A stretch of DNA of 64,000 nucleotides. Origin: a bacterium. Its GTDB lineage: Bacteria; SAR324; NAC60-12. Where the stretch lies: positions 608,001-672,000 of the forward strand of contig CBDDTI010000746.1 in NCBI GenBank assembly GCA_965233585.1, given 5' to 3'. Below are positions 1-9,180 of this stretch, one piece after another; within the stretch, counting starts at the first letter, position 1, and every line of letters starts with the position of its first letter. Both the position numbers and the translations under genes were made by a program. The notes under the pieces were generated by a model, which saw only the letters and a list, made by a program, of their open reading frames with translations, was not told the origin of the DNA and did not search any database.

Positions 1-882
1 CGCATGATTCAACGTTACTCTGATATTCCGATTCATCTTTCCACCCAGTCGTCTTGTGTCAATATAGATTCTGCTTTACTATGGCGAGATATAGGCGTCA
101 AACGTGTGATTTTAGGCAGGGAGGTTTCAATCAGACAGGCATCAGAAATCAAACAGCAAACAGGTTTGCAAGTGGAGCTTTTCATTCATGGTGCCATGTG
201 TTCGGCATTTTCAGGGCATTGTGTCATTTCAAATTACACGCAAGCAAGAGATAGTAATCGCGGTGGGTGTGTTCAAAGCTGCCGGTTTAATTACCAGATT
301 AAAGACTTGGAAGGTTTTGTGAGTTATCAAAGACGTTTCATAAGCTCCAAAGATTTAAACGGGCTGACCTTACTCCCTGAGTTTGTGAAATATGGAATTG
401 ACAGTTTGAAGATAGAGGGGAGAATGAAGAGCAGTTTGTATGTTGCGACAACAGTTTCTACTTACGCAAAAGGTCTCAAGTTAATAGAAAAAAATGAGGC
501 GCAAAATCAGCTAGAGAATATCACACAAGAGTTGAAAAACATGCCTCATCGGACATACACCACAGGTTCTTTGCTACAAAAGGCTGATCATTCAAGTGTA
601 GTGGAAAGTGGCGACCCTAACCGTGAGAATGGAAGTTATGAAATTGCAGGCACGATTTTGGAGACAACGCCAGTAACCACAGTATTAGTGCAAAATGCGT
701 TCTGCAAAGAGACTCACTTGGAAGCTCTCACTTTTGATGGTCAAGTGATTTCACTGAATCCCTCAAATATGACCAATTTATCTAAAAAACAACTGGATCA
801 AGCCAAGCCCAATACACTCATCAAATTACCTTTTGACCACCGGTTGCAAAATCTTAATCTTGTCAGAATGCCCATTAACTAG
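1..882 (+). CDS. U32 peptidase-family Fe-S protein (TrhP/RlhA/UbiU-like), 5' end outside window
   Basis: ELFIHGAMC..SGHC...NRGGCVQSCR four-Cys motif and DSLKIEGRMKS, typical of the U32 family. Confidence 0.88.
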   Translation, partial: RMIQRYSDIPIHLSTQSSCVNIDSALLWRDIGVKRVILGREVSIRQASEIKQQTGLQVELFIHGAMCSAFSGHCVISNYTQARDSNRGGCVQSCRFNYQIKDLEGFVSYQRRFISSKDLNGLTLLPEFVKYGIDSLKIEGRMKSSLYVATTVSTYAKGLKLIEKNEAQNQLENITQELKNMPHRTYTTGSLLQKADHSSVVESGDPNRENGSYEIAGTILETTPVTTVLVQNAFCKETHLEALTFDGQVISLNPSNMTNLSKKQLDQAKPNTLIKLPFDHRLQNLNLVRMPIN

Positions 883-1849
883 ACTCAATCTGACGTTCGG
901 GAACACCTGTTAAGATTAAAGTCACATGAACCATGTCGTGATTAGAATCTTGACTGCTAGCCTTGCCCAGAATTGTATTGACGTCCTCATGTAGCTTGCC
1001 TTCAAGTTTTTTCATCACATCATCTAAATCTAAAATTCCAACATCGCCAACAATATTCAATAGCAAGCCTTTTGCCTCTTTGATTTCCATGTTTTGTAAA
1101 AGAGGACTTGCCATTGCATGATCTACTGCCTGTTGAAGGGCATCTTCCCCGCTAGCGTATCCTTCACCGATGACGGCAGAACCCATGTTGTGCATGATGG
1201 CATGGATGTCCGCAAAATCAACATTAATAGTACCTGTTGTATTGATGATATTCGTGATGCCCTGTACAGAACTTTTGATAAAATCGTCTGTCTGCTTGAA
1301 AAAATCCTCAGCACTGTCATTGTCATCAGAGTTAAAGAGCGATTCATTTGGCAACTCTATGATTACATCAGCATGCTGTCTTAAATGTAAAATACCTTGA
1401 TCTGCTAAAGCGGCTTTGGTTTTTCCTTCCATATCAAAAGGAAGAGTGACGATACACACAGTGAGAACACCCAAATCTTTTGCAAGTTTAGCTATCACAG
1501 GACTTGCCCCTGTTCCAAAACCTCCTCCTAACGTGCTAATCAGCAAGAGCATTTTGGTCTCTTCAAGCACTTCAGCAATTTGTTCTTGGTAGTCAGAGGC
1601 GATCTCTGCTCCCATCTCACTATTCCCCCCTGTTCCGTAACCATCAGTTGCTTCACTTAAATCAATGAAGTTGATTTCTGGCGGAAAAGACTTTTTCCTC
1701 TGAGTGTCACACGTGACAAGAGAAACATGGTCTAAAGAACATTCAGCAATATTGCAAACCACTCCACTTCCCCCACTTCCTACTCCCAAAATTGTAATCT
1801 TAGGTTGGAGTAGAGATGATTGAATATCAATCGGCAAGCTGGACGTCAT
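875..1849 (-). CDS. ftsZ: Divergent FtsZ paralogue lacking the C-terminal linker and conserved tail
   Basis: GVGSGG, LGGGFGTGASP (canonical GGGTGTG), PFDMEG, INVDFADI, A..SPLL, AKGLLLNI; GGAGG RBS at 1855-1859 before ATG 1849. Confidence 0.85.
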   Translation of the reverse strand: MTSSLPIDIQSSLLQPKITILGVGSGGSGVVCNIAECSLDHVSLVTCDTQRKKSFPPEINFIDLSEATDGYGTGGNSEMGAEIASDYQEQIAEVLEETKMLLLISTLGGGFGTGASPVIAKLAKDLGVLTVCIVTLPFDMEGKTKAALADQGILHLRQHADVIIELPNESLFNSDDNDSAEDFFKQTDDFIKSSVQGITNIINTTGTINVDFADIHAIMHNMGSAVIGEGYASGEDALQQAVDHAMASPLLQNMEIKEAKGLLLNIVGDVGILDLDDVMKKLEGKLHEDVNTILGKASSQDSNHDMVHVTLILTGVPERQIESS

Positions 1850-1963
1850 AACTTCCTCCACTTCCTTATTAGACAAAAATAAAAGGGGGAATTGTAACAT
1901 ACTCTATAACTTAAAAGCAAATTTTTTGACCTGAATGACCTTAAAAACCCGTCTCGTTTCATC

Positions 1964-4792
1964 TTATTTTTTCAATCTCCATACTTGGTTTTGCCAACGT
2001 GCATCGTGGATATGATAGCCTCCTGAAATCCAAATTTGGTCTTGATAAAGCAGACTAGAGGCGTCAATTAATTTTGCCCAATCCCCATGTTGTCTAAGTG
2101 TCCAATTCTGACCATCAAACGAACTCCAAATGCTTGAAGACCCTTGTCCTCTTGTGTCTCCTCCAATGATCCAAATTTGTTCGTCAAAAACGACGGTTGT
2201 GTGCTGAGATCTTGGCTTCCAAGTCGCTTCGCTTGTCTCTTGAGTCCATTTTTTCCCATCAGTAGAACTCCAAACATCATTAAGTAATCCGTTCTGGTCT
2301 TTACCTCCCATCACCCACATTTTATTGTTAAAAACGGTGCTTGCATGAGCATATCTTGGAGTCCAACGAATGTTGTTATCTGTAGTATGTGGAGCCTCCA
2401 GATTCCAAGACTTGCCATCAGTAGAACTCCAAACATCATTTTGATATTCACCATCAGCGACACCATTCCCCCCTAAAATCCATATTTTATCATCAAAAAC
2501 CAATCCCTGATGCCGCATTCTTGAACTCCAACGAATGTTGGTATTTGTAGTCTTTGGTGCTTCCAAAGTCCAAGATTTGCCATCAGTAGAACTCCAAACA
2601 TCATTCATTCTTTCAGAACCGTTGTGTCCACCTAAAAGCCAAAGTTTTTGTTTAAAATTGAGCGATACATACCTGCTTCTGCCCGTCCAACGAACATTGG
2701 TATTTGTAGTATGTGCCACCTCCAAAGTCCAAGATTTGCCATCAGTAGAACTCCAAATGTCATTATACTCCTGACCACTCCCAGTGTGATTATCGTATCC
2801 CCCAACAATCCACATCTTGTCTTGAAAGACAACGCTTTGATGCTCAGGGTTGGGCTTCATTGCTGTTTCCAAAGTCCAAGATTTGCCATCAGTAGAACTC
2901 CAGACCTTTCTATCTCCTTTGGGGTTACCTTCTGCAACTCCCGCCCATAGTTGATTTTTGAATGCAATGAGACTATGAGAACCTCTTGCATCTTTCCAAG
3001 GAGGTGCTGGCTCTTGAGTCCATGCTGTGCCATCAAAGCTGTACACAAAATTGTCAATGCTATCATCTGGAAGCCGCTTTGCTCCACTCAGCCAAATTTT
3101 GTTGTCAAAAACAGTGGTTGTATAGTCTTTCTCAATGTTTGCAGGCACGTCAAGTCCTGTTGCTCTTGTCCAAGTGGCTCCATCAAAGCTCCAAACATCT
3201 GCCAATTTTTGACCACTATCATTTTTGTTAGTCCCTCCAAAAAAATAGAGTGTATTTTGTAAAACGTGGGCATGATAATCAGTTCTAGGTGTCCAAGGGG
3301 CATCATTGGTTTCTTTTGTCCAGCTGACCCCGTCGCTAGACTTCCAAACTTCGCTAGTATCCTCAAGGTTATCATCTATTAAACTTTTGTCTTTGCCCCC
3401 AAAAGACCAATATTGACCTTTGAAGAAAATCCGTCTTGAGTGGCTTGGTCTCAATTCCCCTCCCCCAACCATAGCCCATGTTGCATTGTGGGATTCTTCT
3501 GACCAGTTGACCAAGTCTTGAGAAGAAAGTAACTTCCCTTTATCACTCTCCAACGGTTCCTGAATATACCAACTGTCACCATTGAAAAAAATATTATAAA
3601 TTTGCCCCCATGTTCTTTCGGGAAAGTCAAAATAACGTTTGTCCCAAGTGATGCCATCTGCCGAAAAAAATATAAATGGTTTAGAGTCTTGATTTTGCTG
3701 TTCAGAGGCACTGTAAAATGATGTCTGCAACCAGATTTTATCATTGACAATGGCAGGGTTTTGCAAAGGAATACTTAAATTTACCTTGTCAGACTGTAGC
3801 TGCCATTCAGGTTCTTCCAAAGTTTTAATCGTTTTTTCAGGACTCAATGGACTTTCTCCCCACGCATTGACGGCTGACACACGATAATAATAATCGGTAT
3901 CAGCTAACAAATTGATATGTTTGTAGGTGGTGAGGCTAGTTTCAATGGTGGTGAGGCTAGTTTCAATAGACTGGTCATCTTCCAAGATTTGAGGAGACTG
4001 CGAAAAATAAATTTTATAACTTTGAGCCATAGGAACACTGTCAAAGCTGATTGTCAGATGAGCAAAAGAGATGTTTTCAGTTTTGATGTTTGTAGGATAA
4101 GAGATAGGAATTGCGAACCTATCCTGAGTCGTGGCGTTCAGTAAATCGCTTAAAGTGCTTTCTTGATTTTCAGACAATGCACTAATTCTGAAATAATAAG
4201 TTGTGTTATTTTCTAAATTCTTGTAGTCAAAGACATTCTTAACCGATGTGACAAAGTGGCTGTTCTTTGTGACATTTGAATCTTTTGAATAATACAGGCG
4301 GTAGCTTTGTGCCTCTTTGAGAGCATCAAAGCCAATTCGGAGAGCATTTGATGTAGTCAACAAGATTTGTATATTAGTCGGAGTAGAAAGTTGTTGAAGC
4401 CGTTGAGGTGCAGAATTTTCTGATGAATCTGTTGTAGTAGCCTCAACTTCTGTGCTTAAAGAACTCTCATAGACCCCACTCACTGTGCTTAATCTGTAAT
4501 AGTACGTTGTGCCTTCTTCCAAACCTTGATGCGAGTAAGTATTGGAAGAAAGAGTCTTGAAAGAACTTGTTTTTTCAACTTCTGGCTGTGTAGAAAAATA
4601 AAGTTTGTAAGACTTTGCATCTGGCACAGCCTTGAAAGTGATGTCAATGCTAGAGTTGTCAGCATCAATGATTTCAATTTGGGAGGGAGGAGGTAGTTTT
4701 TGTTCAGGTTGTTCTGACGCACAGCCAAGAGTCAAAATAACTAAAACAAAAGAAAATACAGAAAACAGATTTTTTTGAAGTTGAATTAACAA
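1964..4792 (-). CDS. Lipoprotein with 3 FN3 domains and Kelch/BNR-like beta-propeller repeats
   Basis: Lipobox LTLGC; three L..xTxYYxRxSA FN3 motifs; repeated NDVWSSTDGKSW and WxxR..H. Confidence 0.8.
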   Translation of the reverse strand: MLIQLQKNLFSVFSFVLVILTLGCASEQPEQKLPPPSQIEIIDADNSSIDITFKAVPDAKSYKLYFSTQPEVEKTSSFKTLSSNTYSHQGLEEGTTYYYRLSTVSGVYESSLSTEVEATTTDSSENSAPQRLQQLSTPTNIQILLTTSNALRIGFDALKEAQSYRLYYSKDSNVTKNSHFVTSVKNVFDYKNLENNTTYYFRISALSENQESTLSDLLNATTQDRFAIPISYPTNIKTENISFAHLTISFDSVPMAQSYKIYFSQSPQILEDDQSIETSLTTIETSLTTYKHINLLADTDYYYRVSAVNAWGESPLSPEKTIKTLEEPEWQLQSDKVNLSIPLQNPAIVNDKIWLQTSFYSASEQQNQDSKPFIFFSADGITWDKRYFDFPERTWGQIYNIFFNGDSWYIQEPLESDKGKLLSSQDLVNWSEESHNATWAMVGGGELRPSHSRRIFFKGQYWSFGGKDKSLIDDNLEDTSEVWKSSDGVSWTKETNDAPWTPRTDYHAHVLQNTLYFFGGTNKNDSGQKLADVWSFDGATWTRATGLDVPANIEKDYTTTVFDNKIWLSGAKRLPDDSIDNFVYSFDGTAWTQEPAPPWKDARGSHSLIAFKNQLWAGVAEGNPKGDRKVWSSTDGKSWTLETAMKPNPEHQSVVFQDKMWIVGGYDNHTGSGQEYNDIWSSTDGKSWTLEVAHTTNTNVRWTGRSRYVSLNFKQKLWLLGGHNGSERMNDVWSSTDGKSWTLEAPKTTNTNIRWSSRMRHQGLVFDDKIWILGGNGVADGEYQNDVWSSTDGKSWNLEAPHTTDNNIRWTPRYAHASTVFNNKMWVMGGKDQNGLLNDVWSSTDGKKWTQETSEATWKPRSQHTTVVFDEQIWIIGGDTRGQGSSSIWSSFDGQNWTLRQHGDWAKLIDASSLLYQDQIWISGGYHIHDARWQNQVWRLKK
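3926..3967. repeat. Perfect 21-bp in-frame tandem duplication (IETSLTT x2)
   Basis: ggtggtgaggctagtttcaat repeated twice. Confidence 0.95.
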
Positions 4793-4829
4793 TTTGACCT
4801 TTTTTGAAGTTGAATTAACAATTTGACCT
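4772..4829. repeat. Perfect 29-bp tandem duplication spanning the RBS and start of the 942-aa gene
   Basis: tttttgaagttgaattaacaatttgacct x2. Confidence 0.95.
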
Positions 4830-4835
4830 TATCAA

Positions 4836-5552
4836 TCAACGAACAGTCACACTGGTTGAGCTAGAAAAATCGGAGCAACCTGAGTCATTACATGCTTTCA
4901 CTTGATAGATATACTGTCCTACTGCAAGATTAATAGCATTGTAAGAAGAAAACTTACCCTCGTAAACGAGAGTAAAACTGCCGCTTCCTCCAACTTGATG
5001 ATACAACCGATAGCTTGTTGCTCTAGGAGTTTGATTCCACCCAATGCCCACAGTCCTGAAAATACGAATGACAGCCGACAACCCTGTTGGTTGAGGAGGA
5101 GGTTGCAGAAAGATGTCAATAGTCCACTCGTTGTTGATGTCTTCTAAATTTGTTTGAATAGTGGCTTTCCCTTTCTTTTTTCCTCTGAATGATAATTTTA
5201 AACTGATTTTCTCTTGTCTTGGAAGGAACAATGTCAATTCCCCACTGTCGTTTACACTTTCAATACTTTGGTCATCAGGAACGGTAATTTTGACAAGACT
5301 TTCAGGATATTGCACCACCATCTTCTTACCTTGATATGCTGAAGATAAATCACAATTCAAGGTGTACTGCACAGTTTGACCAACTTCAATTCTGTTATTT
5401 TTTGTATCTAAAGTACAGTTTGAATTTTTAGACTTACTATTTTTCTTTTGAGCAGGATTGCAACTGACGAATATCAAAATCAGGACAATTCCAAGTTTAA
5501 AACGGTAGATTGTAGATTTAAAATGAGGCATTTTTTGAATCATAAATTTCAT
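4836..5552 (-). CDS. Lipoprotein with Ig-like and C-terminal FN3 domains
   Basis: Lipobox IFVSC; PxGL...W...ATSYRLY...YQVKACNDSGCS. Confidence 0.75.
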   Translation of the reverse strand: MKFMIQKMPHFKSTIYRFKLGIVLILIFVSCNPAQKKNSKSKNSNCTLDTKNNRIEVGQTVQYTLNCDLSSAYQGKKMVVQYPESLVKITVPDDQSIESVNDSGELTLFLPRQEKISLKLSFRGKKKGKATIQTNLEDINNEWTIDIFLQPPPQPTGLSAVIRIFRTVGIGWNQTPRATSYRLYHQVGGSGSFTLVYEGKFSSYNAINLAVGQYIYQVKACNDSGCSDFSSSTSVTVR

Positions 5553-5620
5553 AGTAATCTACTAGTATTGAGTATATCCTGACAACTGAAAACTTCCTAA
5601 AACCAATGATTATTGAGCAA

Positions 5621-6667
5621 TTATATTGTAGTGTCAAGGTTTTTTTGTGAACGTTGCTGAAGCAATGTTTCTAGCCAATCTGCAGTTGGTTTGGGAGTTT
5701 GAAGACGTTCTTGAACCTTGAATGCAAGATGACCATGTAGAACGCCTTGAATCCCACGAAATTTGACAACATCTTCCACTAACGCATTCAGAGGTTCATC
5801 ATGGGCTTGGTTCAATGTCAGACAATCTCCTGTTTTAAGCTCAACAAGCTCACGCAAGGTGATTTTGGTCTTCCCTAACTCTACTTTAAAAGAAATTGGA
5901 ATTTGGCTCACCTGATGTTGTAGCCTAATCTTCGCAGTCGTGTCTTCTTCAAGGTTTTTCTTCCAGCTTAAATTCAGGTGAGAACGAATGGGGTCAATCA
6001 TACTCTGCGGCAAGCAAAGCATGAGGTTCATGTCCATTTTGTGCATACTGACACGAAAAGGGGACGTCAACATCGCAGTTGAAGGTGGAATATTTAGAAA
6101 CTGCTGCCTGCTTTCAAGACGAGAGAGACGGGGTTGTAGTGAAGCAACAGGCTCCCAAGCATTTTCTAAACAAAGCAAAATGGTGTGAAGAGATTTTGCA
6201 AGGAGGCGGGATTCTATCGGCGTAAAATCCCTATGAGGCAAATGAGAGACCCCGTGACCAACACCCCCAAGAAGCCTATCTACAAATGAAAAGCTCAAAC
6301 GTCTATCACACACTAGCAATCCTTTGTCAGACAAAGGATTCAACTGGAATACTCCCACGGCAGTAGGAAACTCAATCAACTGGATTAAATCCTTAAAAGG
6401 TATGACTTCAACTGGTTGATCTTGGACATCAACAGGGGTGCGGAAATTAATGCTTAATGTTTGCCTCAATGTATGACAAAAACGTGCATTCACTGCCTCT
6501 ATCGCAGGAAGCCTTCCTTGGATGCAACGTTCTGTCCGCAAGAGGTCATAAGGGACGACATCGTGTTCATCAGGAATCTCATCTTCTGAAGTTGGACGTT
6601 GGGGGACAGCATCAAAATCACTCAACAGCGCATCAACTTCTTGCTGCGAAAGCATGTTTGCCATCAC
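5621..6667 (-). CDS. fliM: Flagellar motor switch protein FliM
   Basis: N-terminal LSQQEVDALL, PYD, DRLLGG.G, RDFTPIE, C-terminal SpoA domain. Confidence 0.92.
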   Translation of the reverse strand: MMANMLSQQEVDALLSDFDAVPQRPTSEDEIPDEHDVVPYDLLRTERCIQGRLPAIEAVNARFCHTLRQTLSINFRTPVDVQDQPVEVIPFKDLIQLIEFPTAVGVFQLNPLSDKGLLVCDRRLSFSFVDRLLGGVGHGVSHLPHRDFTPIESRLLAKSLHTILLCLENAWEPVASLQPRLSRLESRQQFLNIPPSTAMLTSPFRVSMHKMDMNLMLCLPQSMIDPIRSHLNLSWKKNLEEDTTAKIRLQHQVSQIPISFKVELGKTKITLRELVELKTGDCLTLNQAHDEPLNALVEDVVKFRGIQGVLHGHLAFKVQERLQTPKPTADWLETLLQQRSQKNLDTTI

Positions 6668-6673
6668 CTTCTC

Positions 6674-7483
6674 TTAGAAATCGCTATGAAAATACGCAAA
6701 CTCAAAATATAGCGAGCCGACAATCATACCAATCCCGACAATGCTTAAAATGACGTGAAACACCCTTTGTTTGCGTTGAAATCTCAAATAAAGTGCAAGA
6801 CATGCGAAGACTCCCCATGTGATTGAAGCAGCACCAAGTCTCCAAAGGCTAGACTGACTATTGAGCATCTCAGCCAGAACAACCCCAAATAGCAGCCCCC
6901 CTGTTTGCAAAAAGAGACTCCACTTTAAAAAAACTTGCATACTGCGGTCTAGCTTTCCCAGAGGGGGAAATCGGTTGTATGGCAGTTTGAAAGCATGCAG
7001 TTTAATTTGCCTTTCTTGCCTCCAAAACAAAAAGCAGGACACACAGACCAAGCATGAAAGAATATAGCCAACAAGGAGCAAAACAATATGGAACAGCAAG
7101 ATAAACTGGTGACTAATGGACTCTACAATGACATGAGGATATTTAGAAATGAGAAGCCCTACAAACAACGCTGCAGAAATGAAAGGAAAGATGGCATGAC
7201 TCCAACCTAACCCATCTTTAAAACGTACTGACAACCTAAGACATGCTATGGCATACGAGATCACATAAAGCCAAGTAGAAAGCTGATCAAATGGTAAATT
7301 GTTGTTCACAAACAAATCTACCAAAAATGCTAAATGTAGCACAAATGCAGTGACTGTCAGCGAGGTCAGCGAAACTTTGAGGGATAAATAATAAAATTGA
7401 AAGATAGAAAGGACTCCAACAGCAGCATAGAAGAAAATGGTGAACCAGATAATGATTTCTGCAAGGTTCATTTTTGAAACCAA
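6674..7483 (-). CDS. Cytochrome c assembly CcsA/YpjD-like membrane protein
   Basis: About 8 TM helices; FHI..L..GY, QERQIK, PPL.KLD motifs. Confidence 0.7.
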   Translation of the reverse strand: MVSKMNLAEIIIWFTIFFYAAVGVLSIFQFYYLSLKVSLTSLTVTAFVLHLAFLVDLFVNNNLPFDQLSTWLYVISYAIACLRLSVRFKDGLGWSHAIFPFISAALFVGLLISKYPHVIVESISHQFILLFHIVLLLVGYILSCLVCVSCFLFWRQERQIKLHAFKLPYNRFPPLGKLDRSMQVFLKWSLFLQTGGLLFGVVLAEMLNSQSSLWRLGAASITWGVFACLALYLRFQRKQRVFHVILSIVGIGMIVGSLYFEFAYFHSDF

Positions 7484-9150
7484 TGAGAAGCACGTGGCTT
7501 CAATTCAACAATTTTGAAACTGACAGAACGAGAAGAACGATCTACCATTGCTGAACAGGTAATGTCTGCTTTTCCCCTAAAATCATGCCAAGATTTATCC
7601 TTAAACAATAACTTCATTTGACTTGATTCTTGACCTAATTCAAAATTTTGAATCCCAAACACAGGTACAGGATTGCCATGTCCAAAAGGTGAAAGCCTCA
7701 AGATTTCTTCTGCCAGATGATTATTAAATTGCTTGGTTGAAATCCAAGTATCTACTTGCTTCTTCATTTGATGACTTTGACAGTGCTTTGAACAGCACAT
7801 TAAGAAACGTTCTTGAAATTCTTCTAAATGGACAAGTTCCAATTCCAGTCCTAACGCTTGTGAATGTCCACCAAATTTTAAAAGTAAATCTGAACATTGC
7901 TGCAAAATTTCATACAGATTCACCTTTTTATGGCTTCTAGCAGAACCTGCAATTTTACCTCCTCCAGAGTCTCCAAGAATGATGACAGGGCGACCAAAGT
8001 AAGATGACAGTCTTCCTGTCAAACTGCTAATCACTCCCTGATGCAAATTGGGAACATAAAACACCAAAGCACTCTGTTTAGGATTGCGATGCTCTTTAAT
8101 AATTTGTTGGAAGAATCTTTTTTCAATCTGGTATCTTTCTTGATTTAAAAGGACTGCTTCATGGGCTAATTGTTGAGCTTTCACATGAGATGTGGCAAGC
8201 AAAAGTTCTACTCCCAAATCTGGGAAATTAAGTCTGCCACAAGCATTGATTTTTGGAACTATTTGCAAAGCAATGTCATGTACATCAATTTCCCCAAAAA
8301 CACGTGTTTCACGGGCTAGGTGATGTAATCCAATACGGCATTTGTGATTCAAAAGCTCTATACCTTTCGTTACATAAAAGCGATTTTCCCCAAGCAAAGG
8401 GACATGGTCTGCAATGGTAGCTAGTGCAACCAAATCAAGATAGCGATGAAGTTCTGGGACAGAACACCCTTGCAAATCCCAATATTCCTCATCACTCAAT
8501 TTCTGCTGCAACGCCTCAATAAATTTGAAAGCAACACCTGTCCCGCACAAATCTTTGAAAGGATAGTGGCAGTCTGGTTGTTTGGGATTGACCAGTGCAA
8601 AAACATCAGGGAGTTGGTCAGGAACGTGGTGATGGTCTGTGATAATCAAATCTACTCCTGCCTTGACAATTTCCTTCACCTCTTCTACTGCCGTAGAGCC
8701 TTGGTCTACTGTGAGCATCACACTGGGTAAAGACCTCAACGCACGTCGGATTGTTCTGTGATTCAACCCCCTGCCCTCAGTCAGACGGTAAGGAAGGGTG
8801 TAATGAACACGTCCACCAATTTTCTTTAAATACATAAAAAGTAATGCAGTTGCTGAGATGCCATCAGCATCAGCATCACCATAAATCAAGATTTTTTCTC
8901 TCTTTTTAACAGCTTCAACAACTCTGCGAACTGCTTTTTCCATGTTGTGCATGAGAAAAGGGTTGTGGCAGCTTTCCCCGGAGGGATTCAAAAAATCTTT
9001 GGCTTCTGCTGTTGAACGGATTCCGCGGTCTTTTAAGATGGTTGCAATGGCTTCAGAGACTCTTAATTCTCTACAAAAGGAGCGAGTCACAAGTTTTCCG
9101 TGAAAAAAACTATAAAACTTTTGCCAATGAATTGGATTTTGTAAAGGCAT
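7468..9150 (-). CDS. recJ: ssDNA exonuclease RecJ
   Basis: IYGDADADG, TVDQG, ITDHH, TIADHVPL.GENR, GSARS, FGGH, PFGHGNP. Confidence 0.95.
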   Translation of the reverse strand: MPLQNPIHWQKFYSFFHGKLVTRSFCRELRVSEAIATILKDRGIRSTAEAKDFLNPSGESCHNPFLMHNMEKAVRRVVEAVKKREKILIYGDADADGISATALLFMYLKKIGGRVHYTLPYRLTEGRGLNHRTIRRALRSLPSVMLTVDQGSTAVEEVKEIVKAGVDLIITDHHHVPDQLPDVFALVNPKQPDCHYPFKDLCGTGVAFKFIEALQQKLSDEEYWDLQGCSVPELHRYLDLVALATIADHVPLLGENRFYVTKGIELLNHKCRIGLHHLARETRVFGEIDVHDIALQIVPKINACGRLNFPDLGVELLLATSHVKAQQLAHEAVLLNQERYQIEKRFFQQIIKEHRNPKQSALVFYVPNLHQGVISSLTGRLSSYFGRPVIILGDSGGGKIAGSARSHKKVNLYEILQQCSDLLLKFGGHSQALGLELELVHLEEFQERFLMCCSKHCQSHQMKKQVDTWISTKQFNNHLAEEILRLSPFGHGNPVPVFGIQNFELGQESSQMKLLFKDKSWHDFRGKADITCSAMVDRSSRSVSFKIVELKPRASHWFQK

Positions 9151-9180
9151 GGTGTCTTCTTAATTTTGAAAAATCAAGTG

